Shown here: piece after piece, positions 51,578 through 61,225 of the stretch
Layout of the letters: every line of letters starts with the position of its first letter
Numbering within the stretch: the stretch's first letter is position 1
Assembly (NCBI GenBank): GCA_965660175.1
Contig: CBFHYY010000013.1
Location: forward strand, 1,505-65,504
Direction of reading: 5' to 3'
Origin: Methylophilaceae bacterium
GTDB lineage: Bacteria > Pseudomonadota > Gammaproteobacteria > Burkholderiales > Methylophilaceae
Length of the DNA stretch: 64,000 nucleotides
Made by a program: the position numbers and the translations under genes
Notes under the pieces: model-generated
What the model was told of the DNA's origin: nothing
Databases searched by the model: none
What the model saw: only the letters and a program-made list of their open reading frames with translations

Positions 51578-52295
51578 CTTTTTTCAACCTAATACTTTTA
51601 AATTCTTCAGAATTTCTTGCTAACAAAAAAGGATTTGTTTCTAATTCAACTTTTATAGTCGATGGAAGAGTAATAGATTTTAGCCTATCTTCATCAAATC
51701 TTCGATTTAATAGTGAATTATTTTTTTTAAGCGACATTGCAAAGCGAATGTTGTCCAATGTGTATTCGTGTGCGCAATAAACCTTTGTTGATTGACGAAG
51801 TCCTTTAATTTTTTGTAAGGAGTTAAACATTTCTTCTGCGGTACCTTCAAAAAGACGACCGCATCCACAGCCAAATAAAGTGTCTCCACAAAATAAAGCA
51901 TCGTCATTGTAAAACACAATATGATCATCAGTATGGCCTGGGGTTTCTAAGACATTAAATTTTAGATTCATATTATCTATTTCCACAGAATCTCCCTCAA
52001 CAAGACCATGATAGTCAAAACAAAATATTGAATTTTTAGGTGCATAAATCTTTATATTAGGAAATCTATCTGAAATTTCCTTGACTCCCCCCATATGATC
52101 ATGATGCTTGTGGGTAATTAAAATTACATTGATATTAAGAGGGTTGTCTTTAAGATATTTAAAAACTGGTTGTGCGTCGCCTGGATCAACAAGAACTCCA
52201 TTCATATCTTGATTTATTAGCCAAATATAGTTGTCTTTAAATGCCTTTATTGCTGAGACAGTGGTGATAGAATGTGGTTTATTGATGAAACTCAT
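51567..52295 (-). CDS. gloB: hydroxyacylglutathione hydrolase (glyoxalase II)
   Basis: 242 aa metallo-beta-lactamase with the THKHHDHMGG motif. Conserved mltD-gloB-yafS-rnhA-dnaQ neighbourhood. Confidence 0.9.
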   Translation of the reverse strand: MSFINKPHSITTVSAIKAFKDNYIWLINQDMNGVLVDPGDAQPVFKYLKDNPLNINVILITHKHHDHMGGVKEISDRFPNIKIYAPKNSIFCFDYHGLVEGDSVEIDNMNLKFNVLETPGHTDDHIVFYNDDALFCGDTLFGCGCGRLFEGTAEEMFNSLQKIKGLRQSTKVYCAHEYTLDNIRFAMSLKKNNSLLNRRFDEDRLKSITLPSTIKVELETNPFLLARNSEEFKSIRLKKDAY

Positions 52296-52339
52296 ATGTA
52301 TACTAATTTTACTACGATTTTAATTATTTAAAAAAAAAT

Positions 52340-53002
52340 ATGACTTGGTTTGATACAAAAAATGGTAAAAGAATCCTGGATCTGGAGGATAAAATTCTTA
52401 ATGATTTTATGGAAGATAAATTCGGCTACTTTGCACTTCAGATTAACTGGAATGGCAGAGATTTATTAAAAAACTCACGAATGAAGCACCATTTAAGTTT
52501 AGAAGGAAAAAATAAGAACATTGCTTGCGATTGCAATCACCTACCCTTTGACAACGACTCAGTCGATCTTACGATAAGCCAGCATTCCATTGAAAAAAAT
52601 AATAATGTCCAAGATTTTATGAATGAGCTTTACAGGATAACGATACCCGAGGGCAGAGTGATTATTTTTTCATTTAACCCTTTTAGTTTTGCAGGCCTTC
52701 GAAATCTTACTTATTTTGATACAAAATTTCCATTTAATAGTAAATTTAGTTCAATGCAGGAAGCTCAAAGTAAACTAAAAAAATGTGGTTTTTCTATTGA
52801 GTTAGGGAAAATCTTTGACTATCAACCACTGTTCACAGATGAATCTTATTTCTCAAAAACCATCGATGATATTGGGTCGAGATGGCTTCCATTGTTGGGA
52901 AATATTTATTATATAGTTGCTAAGAAGGAAGTCCCAGGATTGACTCCATTAAAACCAAAATGGAATAAAATTAAAACTGTTAATGCAGTTAGCAGCAAAT
53001 AA
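52340..53002 (+). CDS. YafS-like class I methyltransferase-fold protein
   Basis: 220 aa. Resembles the remembered E. coli YafS (GY.ALQI, LPF...SVD, FNPFSFAGLRNL). Divergent from gloB and upstream of rnhA. Confidence 0.65.
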   Translation: MTWFDTKNGKRILDLEDKILNDFMEDKFGYFALQINWNGRDLLKNSRMKHHLSLEGKNKNIACDCNHLPFDNDSVDLTISQHSIEKNNNVQDFMNELYRITIPEGRVIIFSFNPFSFAGLRNLTYFDTKFPFNSKFSSMQEAQSKLKKCGFSIELGKIFDYQPLFTDESYFSKTIDDIGSRWLPLLGNIYYIVAKKEVPGLTPLKPKWNKIKTVNAVSSK

Positions 53003-53013
53003 AGTGAGCGGAT

Positions 53014-53445
53014 ATGATTAAAATTTATACAGACGGAGCTTGCAAGGGTAACCCAGGGGAAGGCGGATGGGGTGCTCTTATAGTCGAGGGAAAGACTAAC
53101 AAAGAAATCTATGGCGGTGAAAAAAACACTACGAACAACCGTATGGAATTGATGGCAGTAATTGAAGCGTTATCTATCATGGTTCATAAAAATAATATTA
53201 TCGTATACACAGATTCAACATATGTTCAGAAGGGGATAAGTGAGTGGATCATTAACTGGAAGCGCAACGGTTGGAAATCTAGTAATAAAAAACCTGTAAA
53301 AAATAAAGATTTATGGATAAAATTGGATGAGCTAAACAATACTATGTCTATAGACTATCAATGGATTAAGGGACACGCAGGACATGCTGAGAATGAAAGG
53401 GCAGATCATCTTGCAAATCTTGGTGTTAATCATTCGAGCACATAA
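53014..53445 (+). CDS. rnhA: ribonuclease HI
   Basis: 143 aa. Has YTDGACKGNPG, TNNRMEL, TDS and the C-terminal NERADHLAN. Confidence 0.95.
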   Translation: MIKIYTDGACKGNPGEGGWGALIVEGKTNKEIYGGEKNTTNNRMELMAVIEALSIMVHKNNIIVYTDSTYVQKGISEWIINWKRNGWKSSNKKPVKNKDLWIKLDELNNTMSIDYQWIKGHAGHAENERADHLANLGVNHSST

Positions 53446-53451
53446 ATAATA

Positions 53452-54120
53452 ATGAGACAAATTTTTTTAGATACTGAAACAACAGGACTGGATCCTACTC
53501 AGGGTCATCGTATTATTGAGATTGCAGCAGTTGAGTTTAATAATAGACAACCTACATCCAATACATTTCATTCATACATCAATCCAGAAAGAGAGATAGA
53601 TCCTGCTGCGCAAGAGGTTCATGGAATTACATTAGACTTTTTAAGCGACAAACCTTTTTTTAAGGATGTTGCTAGTGATTTTGTGTCATTTGTCAAAGAG
53701 GCTGAGCTTGTTATTCATAATGCTCCTTTTGATGTTGGTTTTTTAAACATGGAATTAGGCAAGATAGGCCTTGATGATTTGAATAACTTTTGTGGTGACA
53801 TAGTTGACTCTCTAGTTTACGCAAAAGATATTCGACCAGGGCAGCGAAATAGCTTGGACGCACTTTGTAGGGCATTTAGCGTTGATAACTCCTCAAGAAG
53901 CCTTCACGGAGCTCTTTTAGATGCGCAGCTATTAGGCGAAGTTTATATTCAGATGACCAGGGGGCAAGAGGCATTCGAGATAAATTTCAAAGAAGATTCA
54001 ACCAACATTAAACTGGAGCCCATTAACTATGATGATCTTATAGTAACAACTCCAAACAAAAGTGAAATTGAAGCGCATAATGAGTTTATAAAAAAAATTG
54101 GCAGCAAAGAAGTTTGGTAA
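53452..54120 (+). CDS. dnaQ: DNA polymerase III epsilon subunit (3'-5' proofreading exonuclease)
   Basis: 222 aa. Has Exo I FLDTETTGL, Exo II VIHNAPFDVGFL and Exo III HGALLDAQLLGEVY. Confidence 0.93.
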   Translation: MRQIFLDTETTGLDPTQGHRIIEIAAVEFNNRQPTSNTFHSYINPEREIDPAAQEVHGITLDFLSDKPFFKDVASDFVSFVKEAELVIHNAPFDVGFLNMELGKIGLDDLNNFCGDIVDSLVYAKDIRPGQRNSLDALCRAFSVDNSSRSLHGALLDAQLLGEVYIQMTRGQEAFEINFKEDSTNIKLEPINYDDLIVTTPNKSEIEAHNEFIKKIGSKEVW

Positions 54121-54144
54121 CATTAAATTAAAGGAATTTGTTCA

Positions 54145-54297
54145 ATGGAAAAATTTTATATCGACTATCCGCAAGAAAAGATTGACCCAAATACAAATAA
54201 CTATCGATGTGTTTATTGCAAAATATCTACATTAAAAATCAATGGTTTACTAGAAAATCATAAACATGATTGTGAGTATAGATTATCAAAGGGATAG
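54145..54297 (+). CDS. hypothetical 50-aa Cys/His-containing small protein (possible zinc-knuckle)
   Basis: Below the ORF-track size cut-off, so found by hand. AAGGAA at 54131-54136 sits 8 nt before the ATG. The translation is MEKFYIDYPQEKIDPNTNNYRCVYCKISTLKINGLLENHKHDCEYRLSKG, with a C-x2-C...H-x-H-x-C spacing. Confidence 0.4.
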   Translation: MEKFYIDYPQEKIDPNTNNYRCVYCKISTLKINGLLENHKHDCEYRLSKG

Positions 54298-54302
54298 GGT
54301 TT

Positions 54303-54578
54303 TTGGCTTATAAGAACAAAGATATCTCAAGCTGTAAGGTTGCTGTCAACTTCATTCTTGATGATGACTGGGAAAAAGCGCATGCCATCGTCCAAGAGAT
54401 TGATAATGATATTGCGCAATGGATACATGCCGTTCTTCATAAAATTGAGGGTGATTCTGGTAATAGCAGATATTGGTATGCCAAAAGCTCAATGGCAACG
54501 TATGAAAAATTTGAAAATCCGAACAAGGAATTGCTTCACATCTTAGAACAAATAAATTTTCTAGCCTTTCCAGAATAA
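54303..54578 (+). CDS. hypothetical 91-aa protein with the motif W.HA.LH..EGD..N..YWY
   Basis: The ORF has a TTG start 6 nt after the small ORF. The motif [24 protein letters not shown] resembles a small conserved-hypothetical family I recall from other proteobacteria. The 3' end overlaps convergent prpD by 18 nt. Confidence 0.5.
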   Translation: MAYKNKDISSCKVAVNFILDDDWEKAHAIVQEIDNDIAQWIHAVLHKIEGDSGNSRYWYAKSSMATYEKFENPNKELLHILEQINFLAFPE

Positions 54579-56027
54579 ATCTACATAACTATTTACTGAC
54601 ATTTCTTCCAGAGTATTTTGATCAAGACTAACTTTTAAAATTTTCTGTGAATGTTCGATACTAAATTCTCGATTTAGGTTAGCTTTAAATTTTTCGACTA
54701 ATTTAGGGATGCCTTCTGGCCTTCTTTTCTTGTGGCCAATAGGATACTGTACTTCAATATTGTCAGAGGAAGTCCCATCTTTGTAAAAGATTTGAATGGC
54801 GTTGGCGATCGATCTTTTTTCTGGATTTAAATAATCGTCTGTGTACTGACTAGACTCTTTACAAATCATTTTTTCTCTAAGCTTATCAATTCTTGGATCA
54901 CTTGAACTCTCATCTTCATAATCCTGAGCCGTCAAATTCCCTTTCAACAATCCTATCGCTGACATATATTGGATACAGTGATCTCTATCCGCTGGATTAT
55001 TAAGAGGTCCTTGCTTATCAATAATTCTAATTGCAGATTCGTGAGTAGTAATGATAATTTTATCAATATTTTCTATTTTATTAAGAGTGTCAATTCTCTC
55101 AATTTCATTTTCGTGAAGGATGAGTGCGCATTCAACCGCAGTTTGGGCATGAAATTCTGCAGGAAATGAAATTTTAAATAAAACATTTTCCATCACGTAG
55201 CTTCCATATTCTTTTGTAAATTTGAAGGTATTACCTTTGAATAAGACATCATAAAACCCCCATCCTTTTGCTGACAAAGCTGTTGGATAACCCATTTCAC
55301 CTTTTACAGCCATCATTGCTAGGGTTACTGCTCGGCTTGTCGCATCTCCGGCCGCCCATGATTTTCTTGATCCTGTATTTGGTGCATGCCTATAAGTTCG
55401 AAGACTTTGACCATCAATCCATGCGTTAGATAACGCATTAATTATTTCTGCTCTATTAGCCCCAAGCATCTTTGAGATGACTGCCGTAGAAGCAACTTTC
55501 ACTAAAATGACATGATCCAGTCCAACTCGATTAAAGCTATTTTCTAACGCCAAAATACCTTGAATTTCATGTGCTTTAATCATTGCTTCTAGGACATCAC
55601 GCATTTTTAAGGGAGAATTACCTTCGGTTATTTTCGTCCTTGAGATCCAATCAGCAACTGCAAGAATACCACCCAAATTATCAGATGGATGACCCCATTC
55701 GGCAGCAAGCCAAGTATCATTAAAATCTAGCCACCTTATCATTACGCCAATATTAAATGCGGCATTAACTGGATCGAGTTGAAAATTGGTCCCAGGAATT
55801 TTTGCTCCATCTGGCACCTTTGTTCCCTCTACAATGGGACCCAGTAGCTTAGTACATGCCCTGTAACTGAGAGCCTCTAGGCCGCAGCCAAGTGTATCAA
55901 TAAGACAATTTCTCGCAGTAGAAAATGCTTCACTACTGTCAACTGAATAATTAATTACATAATCTGCTATATCCTCGATTACTTGATCTGATTTCTGTGT
56001 TGAACTCATATTTTTATTTTGTGTCAT
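54561..56027 (-). CDS. prpD: 2-methylcitrate dehydratase (MmgE/PrpD family)
   Basis: 488 aa, the typical PrpD length. Lies downstream of prpC and prpB in the same operon. Confidence 0.88.
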   Translation of the reverse strand: MTQNKNMSSTQKSDQVIEDIADYVINYSVDSSEAFSTARNCLIDTLGCGLEALSYRACTKLLGPIVEGTKVPDGAKIPGTNFQLDPVNAAFNIGVMIRWLDFNDTWLAAEWGHPSDNLGGILAVADWISRTKITEGNSPLKMRDVLEAMIKAHEIQGILALENSFNRVGLDHVILVKVASTAVISKMLGANRAEIINALSNAWIDGQSLRTYRHAPNTGSRKSWAAGDATSRAVTLAMMAVKGEMGYPTALSAKGWGFYDVLFKGNTFKFTKEYGSYVMENVLFKISFPAEFHAQTAVECALILHENEIERIDTLNKIENIDKIIITTHESAIRIIDKQGPLNNPADRDHCIQYMSAIGLLKGNLTAQDYEDESSSDPRIDKLREKMICKESSQYTDDYLNPEKRSIANAIQIFYKDGTSSDNIEVQYPIGHKKRRPEGIPKLVEKFKANLNREFSIEHSQKILKVSLDQNTLEEMSVNSYVDLFWKG

Positions 56028-56043
56028 TGATTTCCAGTCTTAA

Positions 56044-57186
56044 TTAACGATCATTAATGTTAGGGATAGGTCGATTTTCTGGGCCAATATATTCTGCATT
56101 AGGTCTTATTATTTTATTATCTATTCTTTGCTCAACGATATGAGCCGACCAACCCGTCGTCCGTGAAATTACGAAAAGTGGTGTAAAAAGTTTTGTTGGT
56201 ATACCCATAAGGTGATAAGCAGAAGCACTGTACCAGTCAAGATTTGGGAACATAGACTTTTCATCCCACATTACCGTTTCAATTCGGTCAGAAATATCAT
56301 AAAGATTTGTTGAATTTCTATCAATCGATAAATTGTGTGCTACTTTTTTAATGCATTCGTTTCTTGGATCACCAATGGTATAGACTGGGTGGCCAAACCC
56401 GATGATAATTTCTTTATTACCCATCCTTTTTCTTATATCAGCCTCAGCTTCGTCTGCAGTTTTATAACGTTGAATTATTTCCATTGCGACCTCATTCGCT
56501 CCGCCATGCTTTGGCCCTCTAAGGGCGCCGATTGCCCCGGTAATACTGGAATAAAAGTCTGATAGTGTCCCAGCTATGACTCTGGAGGTGAAGGTTGATG
56601 CATTAAATTCATGTTCTGCATAAAGCACTAAAGATATATTCAGAGACTTTTCATGTAAAAGTGATGGTGATTTTTCATGAAGCAGATGAAGAAAGTGACC
56701 TGCAATCGATTCATCCTCAGTTTCAACATTAATTTTTTTGCCTTCATGCGAAAACTTATACCAATAAAGTAATATAGATCCAAAACAAGATATTAGTCGA
56801 TCAGCCAAATCTTTTGTTGCATCGATACCTCTATCGACAGACTCAGGTTGTAACGTACCAAGCATGGAGCATCCAGTGCGCATGACATCCATAGGGTTGG
56901 TATCCTTTGGTATCAATTCTAGTGTCTTTTTTAGCTCATCAGGAATATTGCGTAATTTTTTTAGTTTTTCTTTGTAGCTTTGAAGTTCCTCTTGATTTGG
57001 TAGTTTTTCGTGTATTAATAAATAAGCTACCTCCTCAAATGAACATTTTTCTGCTAGCTCTAGAATGTCGAAACCTCTGTAGTGCAGATCATTTCCAGTT
57101 TGTCCCACTGTACAAATTGCAGAGGTACCAGCATTTACTCCAGCTAAAGCGACTCCCTTTTTTTTCTTTTTTTGTTCGATAGTCAT
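56044..57186 (-). CDS. prpC: 2-methylcitrate synthase (citrate synthase family, short form)
   Basis: 380 aa citrate-synthase fold. Has [20 protein letters not shown] and GFGHPVY motifs. Flanked by prpB and prpD. Confidence 0.88.
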   Translation of the reverse strand: MTIEQKKKKKGVALAGVNAGTSAICTVGQTGNDLHYRGFDILELAEKCSFEEVAYLLIHEKLPNQEELQSYKEKLKKLRNIPDELKKTLELIPKDTNPMDVMRTGCSMLGTLQPESVDRGIDATKDLADRLISCFGSILLYWYKFSHEGKKINVETEDESIAGHFLHLLHEKSPSLLHEKSLNISLVLYAEHEFNASTFTSRVIAGTLSDFYSSITGAIGALRGPKHGGANEVAMEIIQRYKTADEAEADIRKRMGNKEIIIGFGHPVYTIGDPRNECIKKVAHNLSIDRNSTNLYDISDRIETVMWDEKSMFPNLDWYSASAYHLMGIPTKLFTPLFVISRTTGWSAHIVEQRIDNKIIRPNAEYIGPENRPIPNINDR

Positions 57187-57195
57187 ATTAATACC

Positions 57196-58080
57196 TTATT
57201 TATTTTTCTCGAAAAGCTCGTCTAGTTTTTTTTCGTATGCATGATAATTTAGATAATCGTAAAGTTCTTCTCTTGTCTGCATGTGACCAATAATATTTTT
57301 TTGCGTACCATCTTTGCGAATTGTCTCATATACATGTAACGCTGCCTTGTTCATAGCTCTGAAGGGGCTTAGTGGGTATAAGGAAATAGCAATATTGACC
57401 GAACGTAGCTCATCGATACTAAACAAAGGTGTGGACCCAAACTCAGTTATATTGGCAAGAACTGGTACATTTATTTTATCTGTGAATAATTTGTAAGTTT
57501 GCAAATCACTAATTGCTTCTGGGAAAATCATATCTGCACCGGCCTCGATACATGCTAGTGCTCTATCAATCGCAGATTCAATACCCTCAACAGCAATTGC
57601 ATCGGTCCTCGCCATAATGCAAAAGTTGTTATCAATTCTTGCATCCACTGCAGCTTTTACTCTATCAACCATCTCCCCTGAGGAGACAATAGCCTTATTT
57701 GGCCTATGCCCACATCGTTTTGATTGAACTTGATCTTCAATATGAATAGCAGCAGCACCTGCTTTTTCAACCGACTTAATTGTTCTTGATATGTTAAGAG
57801 CGCCACCAAAACCTGTATCAATATCAACCAAAAGGGGGAGAGCGGTGACGTCGGTAATTCTTCTTATATCTATTAAAATATCTTCAAGGGTTGTTATCCC
57901 TAAATCTGGTATACCTAAAGAGCCTGCTGCAACTCCTCCTCCAGATAAATAAATACCCTTAAATCCAGTTCGTTCAGCAAGTCTGGCGTGATAAGCATTA
58001 ATTGTTCCAATGATTTGAAGTGGGGATTCTTCTTTAATTGTCTCTTTAAGTAAAAATCCAGGTGATGATTTATTTGTCAT
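57196..58080 (-). CDS. prpB: 2-methylisocitrate lyase
   Basis: 294 aa of the ICL/PEP-mutase family. Has the DIDTGFGG and [11 protein letters not shown] (KRCGH active-site loop) motifs. Confidence 0.9.
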   Translation of the reverse strand: MTNKSSPGFLLKETIKEESPLQIIGTINAYHARLAERTGFKGIYLSGGGVAAGSLGIPDLGITTLEDILIDIRRITDVTALPLLVDIDTGFGGALNISRTIKSVEKAGAAAIHIEDQVQSKRCGHRPNKAIVSSGEMVDRVKAAVDARIDNNFCIMARTDAIAVEGIESAIDRALACIEAGADMIFPEAISDLQTYKLFTDKINVPVLANITEFGSTPLFSIDELRSVNIAISLYPLSPFRAMNKAALHVYETIRKDGTQKNIIGHMQTREELYDYLNYHAYEKKLDELFEKNK

Positions 58081-59075
58081 TATTTGCCCTCAAAAAATGC
58101 TTGATTAATTTCATCGGACAATTCCATTCCTGATAGCTTTGCGCTTTGAAGTATTTCCCAAAAATATCGATACGTTGCTCTATCGTGTAATTCTCCGTTA
58201 TATTGAATTGGACCCCAATCAGCTTTTTGAGCTTGCAAAAGAATTTCAGCGCCATCCCTTACTTCACTAAAATCAGGCTTCATTGCATCGACAATAGCTT
58301 TTATTTGGGTAGGGTAGATACTCCACATTCTTAGAAAGCCAAATTCTTTTCTTGCTCTTTTAGCATCTGCGTTTGTAACCTCTGTGTTCTTAAGGTCAAG
58401 GGTGACATTATGTGCAGGAATAATTCCGTTCCCAATAGCTGCTGCCACTAACTCTGCCTTGGCTCTGGATAGAATCTGATGTTCAAACTGACCTGGACTT
58501 CTCATAGCAGTTGCAGGAATAGCCCCATGATGACCGCTTACAAAATCCATCAACCCAAAATCAAGGACCTGAACCCAATCTATAGTTGCAATTTTATGTA
58601 CGTCTCTTAAAGCGCCGTGTGTCTCAATTAAGACGTGTATAGGAATTATCCTTTTGATTCCATAAAAGGTAGCCTGTTGTTTTATGTAACGGACCATTTC
58701 TTCAATTTGTTCAGCTTTTGTTGATTTTGGTATGGTTATATAGCTTATTAAGTGACCGATTCCCTCAATAATAATATCGACATCCTGTTTCCATGCTGAA
58801 TGAGTGAAGTCATGTATTCTAACCCCAGCCATCTTATGTTTATTTAAATCCGACCCAAGTATTCTTACAATCATTTTTGCATGTTCTTCTTCCTGGCCTG
58901 CGGCGGCTCCATCTTCACAATCACAAGTGATATCAAATATTGGACCAAGGTCATCTTGAAAGCTTAATGCCTTGGTGATTAATTTTTGACTTCCTGCAAA
59001 ATGTTCGCATGAGGGAATTACTGGGAAAGGTTTTTCTCCTTGAAATAAAGCATCGTTTGGGTGCACTAAGCTCAT
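58080..59075 (-). CDS. HpcH/HpaI-CitE family acyl-CoA lyase homolog (malyl-CoA / beta-methylmalyl-CoA / citramalyl-CoA lyase-like)
   Basis: 331 aa. Has the CitE-type motifs DCEDG (in [13 protein letters not shown]), [15 protein letters not shown] and MWSIYPTQI. Its stop overlaps the prpB start by 1 nt (TAATG). Confidence 0.7.
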   Translation of the reverse strand: MSLVHPNDALFQGEKPFPVIPSCEHFAGSQKLITKALSFQDDLGPIFDITCDCEDGAAAGQEEEHAKMIVRILGSDLNKHKMAGVRIHDFTHSAWKQDVDIIIEGIGHLISYITIPKSTKAEQIEEMVRYIKQQATFYGIKRIIPIHVLIETHGALRDVHKIATIDWVQVLDFGLMDFVSGHHGAIPATAMRSPGQFEHQILSRAKAELVAAAIGNGIIPAHNVTLDLKNTEVTNADAKRARKEFGFLRMWSIYPTQIKAIVDAMKPDFSEVRDGAEILLQAQKADWGPIQYNGELHDRATYRYFWEILQSAKLSGMELSDEINQAFFEGK

Positions 59076-59076
59076 T

Positions 59077-60132
59077 CTATTTTCCTTTTGGTATTAACAC
59101 GGTGTAGTCCATATCCAGCACTACATTTTTTTCATAAATTTTCGATTCGTTATCTTTGTACAAAGATTCTATTTCGCTGGGATCCTGATTTTTAATGCCA
59201 ATAAGCCTAAGTCTTAATAATCCAAGATCAGTTCGGTCCTCAATTTCAATCTTATCTTTAATTATTGTTTTAGCGTATATCGTATCGCCAGCAAATGATG
59301 GGTTGCTATGAACACCACTATTAATGGCAGCGATATTTAAAACGTTTTCAAGGCCTTGAAAACTGATTGAATTACACAACGATATAATATGCCCTCCATA
59401 AACCAATCTCTTTTGAAATGGAGTATTTTTCATTAGGTTTGCATCAAAATGTAGTCGAGCATTATTTTGATAGAGATGGGTTGCCATAGTATGTGCCGTT
59501 TCATCTATGGTAATGCCATGAGTGTGATTTATTGTCTCTCCTTTACTGTAGTCATCCCAAAGCATTTTTGATCCTGTCGACAAATAATCAAAATTATTTA
59601 TTTTTAATTGAGGATAAATTTTAATATCGTTAAGATCAACGGACTGAGGGAGGTTAGGTACTAAAGTATTTTTAATATTAATATCACTGTCTCGTTTTGG
59701 AATCATGACCCATCTCTTCCAAGACATTACCTCTGTATTATCTTGATTGAAGACATGAGAATGGACGTAAACAATACCATTAGTTTTTTTGGAGTTTTCT
59801 TTTAGCCCAATAACCTCTGAGGTACATTTTAGAGTATCGCCAGAAAACACTGGGTGTATAAATCTTACATCTGCATAACCAAGATTGGCGATAGCGTTTA
59901 ATGAAATGTCTTGAACGGTTCTGCCAAAAGCTATATGAAATACCAATAAATCATTAATAGGTTTTTTATCAAATCCAAGCTGCTTCGCAAAGGTTGAAGC
60001 ACAAAATAACGGTCGTCTATCTCCAGTGAGAGCTATATAAATAGAAGCATCAGCTTCATTAATGGTTCTTGGTGTTGCATGATTGATAGATTGTCCAATA
60101 AAAAAATCTTCCAAGAAATTATTGCTACTCAT
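59077..60132 (-). CDS. MaoC-like double hot-dog (R)-specific enoyl-CoA hydratase, mesaconyl-CoA/itaconyl-CoA hydratase-like
   Basis: About 351 aa with two hot-dog halves (N-half ...YADVRFIHPVFSGDTL, C-half ...VHSNPSFAGDTIYA). I place the start at ATG 60132 (MSSNNFLEDFF), which overlaps the upstream stop by 8 nt. The track start is 60153. Confidence 0.7.
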   Translation of the reverse strand: MSSNNFLEDFFIGQSINHATPRTINEADASIYIALTGDRRPLFCASTFAKQLGFDKKPINDLLVFHIAFGRTVQDISLNAIANLGYADVRFIHPVFSGDTLKCTSEVIGLKENSKKTNGIVYVHSHVFNQDNTEVMSWKRWVMIPKRDSDINIKNTLVPNLPQSVDLNDIKIYPQLKINNFDYLSTGSKMLWDDYSKGETINHTHGITIDETAHTMATHLYQNNARLHFDANLMKNTPFQKRLVYGGHIISLCNSISFQGLENVLNIAAINSGVHSNPSFAGDTIYAKTIIKDKIEIEDRTDLGLLRLRLIGIKNQDPSEIESLYKDNESKIYEKNVVLDMDYTVLIPKGK

Positions 60133-61000
60133 TTTCAAGCTCCTTAATCGCATCTCTTAAAGATAAGAGTGTTTTTGCAGCGTTAACATGGTGGTGTTCA
60201 ATCAATCTTTCATTAACTACGACTGTCCCGCGCCCAGAGGCGTTAGCATCTCTTAAACCCTTAATAACTTCCTCTGCGTGAATGATTTCAGAGCTTTTAG
60301 GTGTGTATGCATCGTTTGCGTAAGGTAATTGGTCTGGATGGACTAATGATTTTCCATCAAAACCCATATCCCTTCCAATACGGCAAGCATATTCAAATGA
60401 ATGAGTATCGTTTAATTTGCTGTGTATGCCATCAACAACGGCACATTTATGTGCACGTGCAGCTAAAATTACTAGTGATAGAGATGTTAGAAGCGCAGTT
60501 CTTTCATAGGTCACTCTGGCTCCCATTTGCGACAGAAGATCGGAGGTCGCCATAATGACACAGACGATACGATCTGAGGCGCTCGTAATTTCTTCTGCAT
60601 GAAGAACGGCTAACGGACTTTCAATCATCACCATTATGGGAACATCAATACCCCCGGCTTTATCTAGAGCTTCGATAGCATTAGTTACATCTTGTTTTGA
60701 TTCAATATTTGGAAATAAAATTGCATCTGGTTTGAGAGGAGCAACTGCATTAATGTCTTTTATTCCCCATGGTGAATCTAGGTCGTTTACACGAACCACC
60801 ACTTCTCTTTTTCCGTAACAATTTAGAGCTAAAAATTCCACCACATTCACACGAGATTCGTCTTTCGCATCGATTAAAATCGGATCACCAAGGTCTAGGA
60901 TAACGGTATCAGTTGGAAGTTGTTTTGCTTTTTCAAGATAACGTCTATTGCATCCTGGCACATACAGCATAGATCGTCTTGGGCGTATTTTTTTAAGCAT
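60125..61000 (-). CDS. CitE-like (citrate lyase beta subunit family) acyl-CoA lyase or thioesterase homolog
   Basis: 291 aa. Has RRSMLYVPG at the N-terminus, MIESPLAV, ATSDLLSQMG and KSLVHPDQL motifs. The usual DLED motif reads DLGD here. It is the first gene of the six-gene operon. Confidence 0.7.
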   Translation of the reverse strand: MLKKIRPRRSMLYVPGCNRRYLEKAKQLPTDTVILDLGDPILIDAKDESRVNVVEFLALNCYGKREVVVRVNDLDSPWGIKDINAVAPLKPDAILFPNIESKQDVTNAIEALDKAGGIDVPIMVMIESPLAVLHAEEITSASDRIVCVIMATSDLLSQMGARVTYERTALLTSLSLVILAARAHKCAVVDGIHSKLNDTHSFEYACRIGRDMGFDGKSLVHPDQLPYANDAYTPKSSEIIHAEEVIKGLRDANASGRGTVVVNERLIEHHHVNAAKTLLSLRDAIKELENE

Positions 61001-61079
61001 AATATATTTAAATGCAGCAAAATTATGGGTCAGCTTTGATTTTAAATCATATAGTAAATATATGTCAATAAAATAATCA

Positions 61080-61093
61080 CTCTTATATAAGAG
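61080..61093. promoter_or_regulatory. perfect 14-bp palindrome CTCTTATATAAGAG, a candidate GntR/HutC operator
   Basis: Seen directly in the divergent 250-bp control region, about 80 bp upstream of the citE-like gene start. It shares the CTTATATAAG core with the site at 61203-61225. Confidence 0.45.
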
Positions 61094-61202
61094 TTTAAAT
61101 ATATTTAATATATAATAAATAAAAAGTTATATATAAAACAATAGCTTATATATAATTTATGAATCAAATTTTTTTTAATAAAAGTGGTTGATTTTTTTTT
61201 AT

Positions 61203-61225
61203 GTCTTATATAAGATATATAAGAC
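61203..61225. promoter_or_regulatory. inverted repeat GTCTTATATA-aga-TATATAAGAC, a candidate GntR/HutC operator
   Basis: Two 10-bp perfect arms are separated by 3 bp. It lies 26 bp upstream of the GntR ATG. The GT...AC termini fit the remembered HutC-type GT-n-TA-n-AC operator style. Confidence 0.45.

Noticed and set aside
52340-53002. The YafS-like methyltransferase lacks a GxGxG SAM-binding motif, which could suggest a pseudo-enzyme.
   Set aside because: As far as I recall, E. coli YafS itself lacks a canonical glycine-rich motif at this position. The absence therefore appears to be a family trait, not something special to this locus.
58070-58255. The 61-aa ORF 58070-58255(-) overlapping the 3' end of the HpcH-like gene and the prpB start.
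   Set aside because: It is an alternative frame within a motif-supported gene, with no RBS and no recognisable features.
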